A stretch of 57,628 nucleotides of DNA. Origin: a virus (Duplodnaviria; Caudoviricetes). Every line of letters starts with the position of its first letter. Positions within the stretch are counted from its first letter, which is position 1. The notes under the pieces were generated by a model. The model made no database searches. It was not told the DNA's origin and saw only the letters and a program-made list of their open reading frames with translations. Positions 56,109 through 57,628 of this stretch are shown in pieces. The translations under genes were made by a program, and so were the position numbers. The stretch spans positions 1-57,628 of IMG/VR virus record IMGVR_UViG_3300038520_002118. One strand, given 5' to 3'.

Positions 56109-56125
56109 AGTGCATGTGCACTTTT
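56106..56125. repeat. Dispersed palindrome site 17 (core GTGCATGTGCAC)
   Basis: Between stop and GAGG RBS. Confidence 0.9.
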
Positions 56126-56138
56126 TGAGGATTAAGAA

Positions 56139-57041
56139 ATGATGTACGTACCGGGCTATGTTGGCCCTAGAGTTTCAGGGCCAAATCCAAAAGGGGGTCA
56201 AGCAACTCCTGTACAGCCAACAACTCCTGTACAGCCAGCAACTCCTGTACAGCCAACAACTCCTGCTCAGCCGGTTGCATCACCGCCATCTAAAGGCAAT
56301 GTACAGCCGCCAAATCCAATCACAGATTTCCAATATAAGCCACCAGCGCTTGGTGATCAGTTCGGTGACTTTGTGAACTCTCCTGAGTATCAAGCCGTAG
56401 TGGATGCAAATCAAGGTCGAGGCTTTGGCGTACAAACTGCGGACATGTATAGGTCAGATGTTTTTCCTGACTACATGGGTTCGTCTTCTCGCATACGCCC
56501 ATATGAGAAAGCATACAAAGACTATCAAGCAAGAATTAATGCTGAGCCTGCTCCGGCTGAGCCTGCTCCGGCTGAGACTGCGCCACCTCCAACAAATGCA
56601 GATGTGTATGGTGGAATGTTTGGGTTCAACCGTCCACCGCCCATGCGTAATCCGTTCCGCAATCCAATGATGGGTGTGGGTTTCGGTGGCCAATTCGGAG
56701 GTATGGGATTCGGAGGCCCATTCGGTGGCATGGGATACGGTAGTCCGTATGGTGGCACGTTTGGGTTCAGGAACCCAATGATGGGTTTTGGTAACCCCAT
56801 GATGGGTTTTGGTAATCCGATGATGGGATATGGTGGTAGTCCGTTCATGGGCGGTTTAGGTGGATTCTTTAGGAGAACTCCAGATCCAAGAATGGGTTTC
56901 CGGCCTGCCGAACAACGGCTTGATATCCCACGTCTGTTTCAGCCGATGCAAAATAGACCACAGGCCGAGCTTCAGAGGCCTGTACCAAGGATGACAGGTC
57001 CAAGGATGACAGGTCTTGGAAGCTTGTTTAGGCGTGGATAG
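56139..57041 (+). CDS. Low-complexity P/Q- and G/F/M-rich protein
   Basis: TPVQP, AEPAP and NPMMG repeats. Confidence 0.75.
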   Translation: MMYVPGYVGPRVSGPNPKGGQATPVQPTTPVQPATPVQPTTPAQPVASPPSKGNVQPPNPITDFQYKPPALGDQFGDFVNSPEYQAVVDANQGRGFGVQTADMYRSDVFPDYMGSSSRIRPYEKAYKDYQARINAEPAPAEPAPAETAPPPTNADVYGGMFGFNRPPPMRNPFRNPMMGVGFGGQFGGMGFGGPFGGMGYGSPYGGTFGFRNPMMGFGNPMMGFGNPMMGYGGSPFMGGLGGFFRRTPDPRMGFRPAEQRLDIPRLFQPMQNRPQAELQRPVPRMTGPRMTGLGSLFRRG

Positions 57042-57043
57042 CC

Positions 57044-57493
57044 ATGATCTTCGAGGCAGTCGCGGCAATCGAAGTTGCGAATCAAGCCATACGCGGGATC
57101 AAAGAACTCGCGGGGCACGTCACCTCTGTCGGACAGATGGGGAAACATCTAACTAATCTTGCCGATGCTCACGAGGACATACAAAGACAGGCAGAGGCAG
57201 GAGACGCAAACGCATTCTTCCATTTGGAAGAAATCAAGCAACGCGAATACGAGATAAAGCAACTTTTTATTTACGCTGGCAGGGCCGGCCTCTGGACGGA
57301 CTACCAGACTTTTATACGCAATAGGAAAGAAATAAGGAGGAAGCAACGAGAGCGTGAAAAAGCTCAAAGATTGGCTAAGCGAAAGGCCATCAAGAACGGA
57401 CTGGCTTATACTGCTGTTGTACTTGCTGGCTGTCTCACCGTGGCTGGGGGGATTTGGTTACTTCTTGCGATTATGGCAGTGAAGGGTCGTTGA
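57044..57493 (+). CDS. Coiled-coil protein with C-terminal TM
   Basis: 149 aa; continues into gene 34-219 across the circular junction. Confidence 0.75.
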   Translation: MIFEAVAAIEVANQAIRGIKELAGHVTSVGQMGKHLTNLADAHEDIQRQAEAGDANAFFHLEEIKQREYEIKQLFIYAGRAGLWTDYQTFIRNRKEIRRKQREREKAQRLAKRKAIKNGLAYTAVVLAGCLTVAGGIWLLLAIMAVKGR

Positions 57494-57628
57494 TATGTGG
57501 TCTGTAATTGGAATAATAACTATCGCTGTGCAACCCGGCTTAATACAAATAGTAGGACGCGAAGAGTTTGAGAACCCGCAAGATTGTTTTGAAAAAGCAA
57601 TGGTGTTCATGCAAGACAAAGATGACCC
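57462..57628. repeat. Terminal overlap, copy 2
   Basis: Matches 1-167 with 3 A>G differences. Confidence 0.95.

Overview
The window is an apparently complete, circularly permuted dsDNA tailed-phage genome: bases 1-167 recur at 57462-57628 with 3 mismatches, giving a unit length of about 57,461 bp. It looks podovirus-like (no tape-measure or sheath genes, large internal virion proteins) and is probably a marine proteobacterial phage. The layout is: lysis and internal virion genes including a 3004-aa polyvalent protein (0.03-15.5 kb, +); a recombination/regulation block with a PD-(D/E)XK nuclease, Sak3-like annealase, SSB-like protein, AlpA and a sigma-70 region-4 fragment (15.5-19.9 kb, -); RusA and primase-helicase (19.9-22.5 kb, +); a putative early operon with a MoxR-type AAA+ ATPase and a DUF2201 metallopeptidase/VWA protein (22.5-29.0 kb, -); TerS and a largely non-coding region (29.1-30.9 kb); then TerL, portal, GroES, scaffold, capsid and tail genes (31-57.5 kb, +). 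I recognised no DNA polymerase, integrase, tRNA or CRISPR array. The most unusual content is non-coding. (i) A 20-bp palindrome, AAAAGTKCANNTGMACTTTT, occurs 17 times around the whole genome, five times inside coding sequence. (ii) A repeated ~55-nt intergenic RNA element with clear covariation punctuates the early operon (4 copies plus 1 divergent). (iii) That operon has a ~565-nt densely structured 5' leader and a ~190-nt structured 3' trailer. All protein calls are from motif recognition by eye and all RNA structures were paired by hand; no database searches or folding programs were run.
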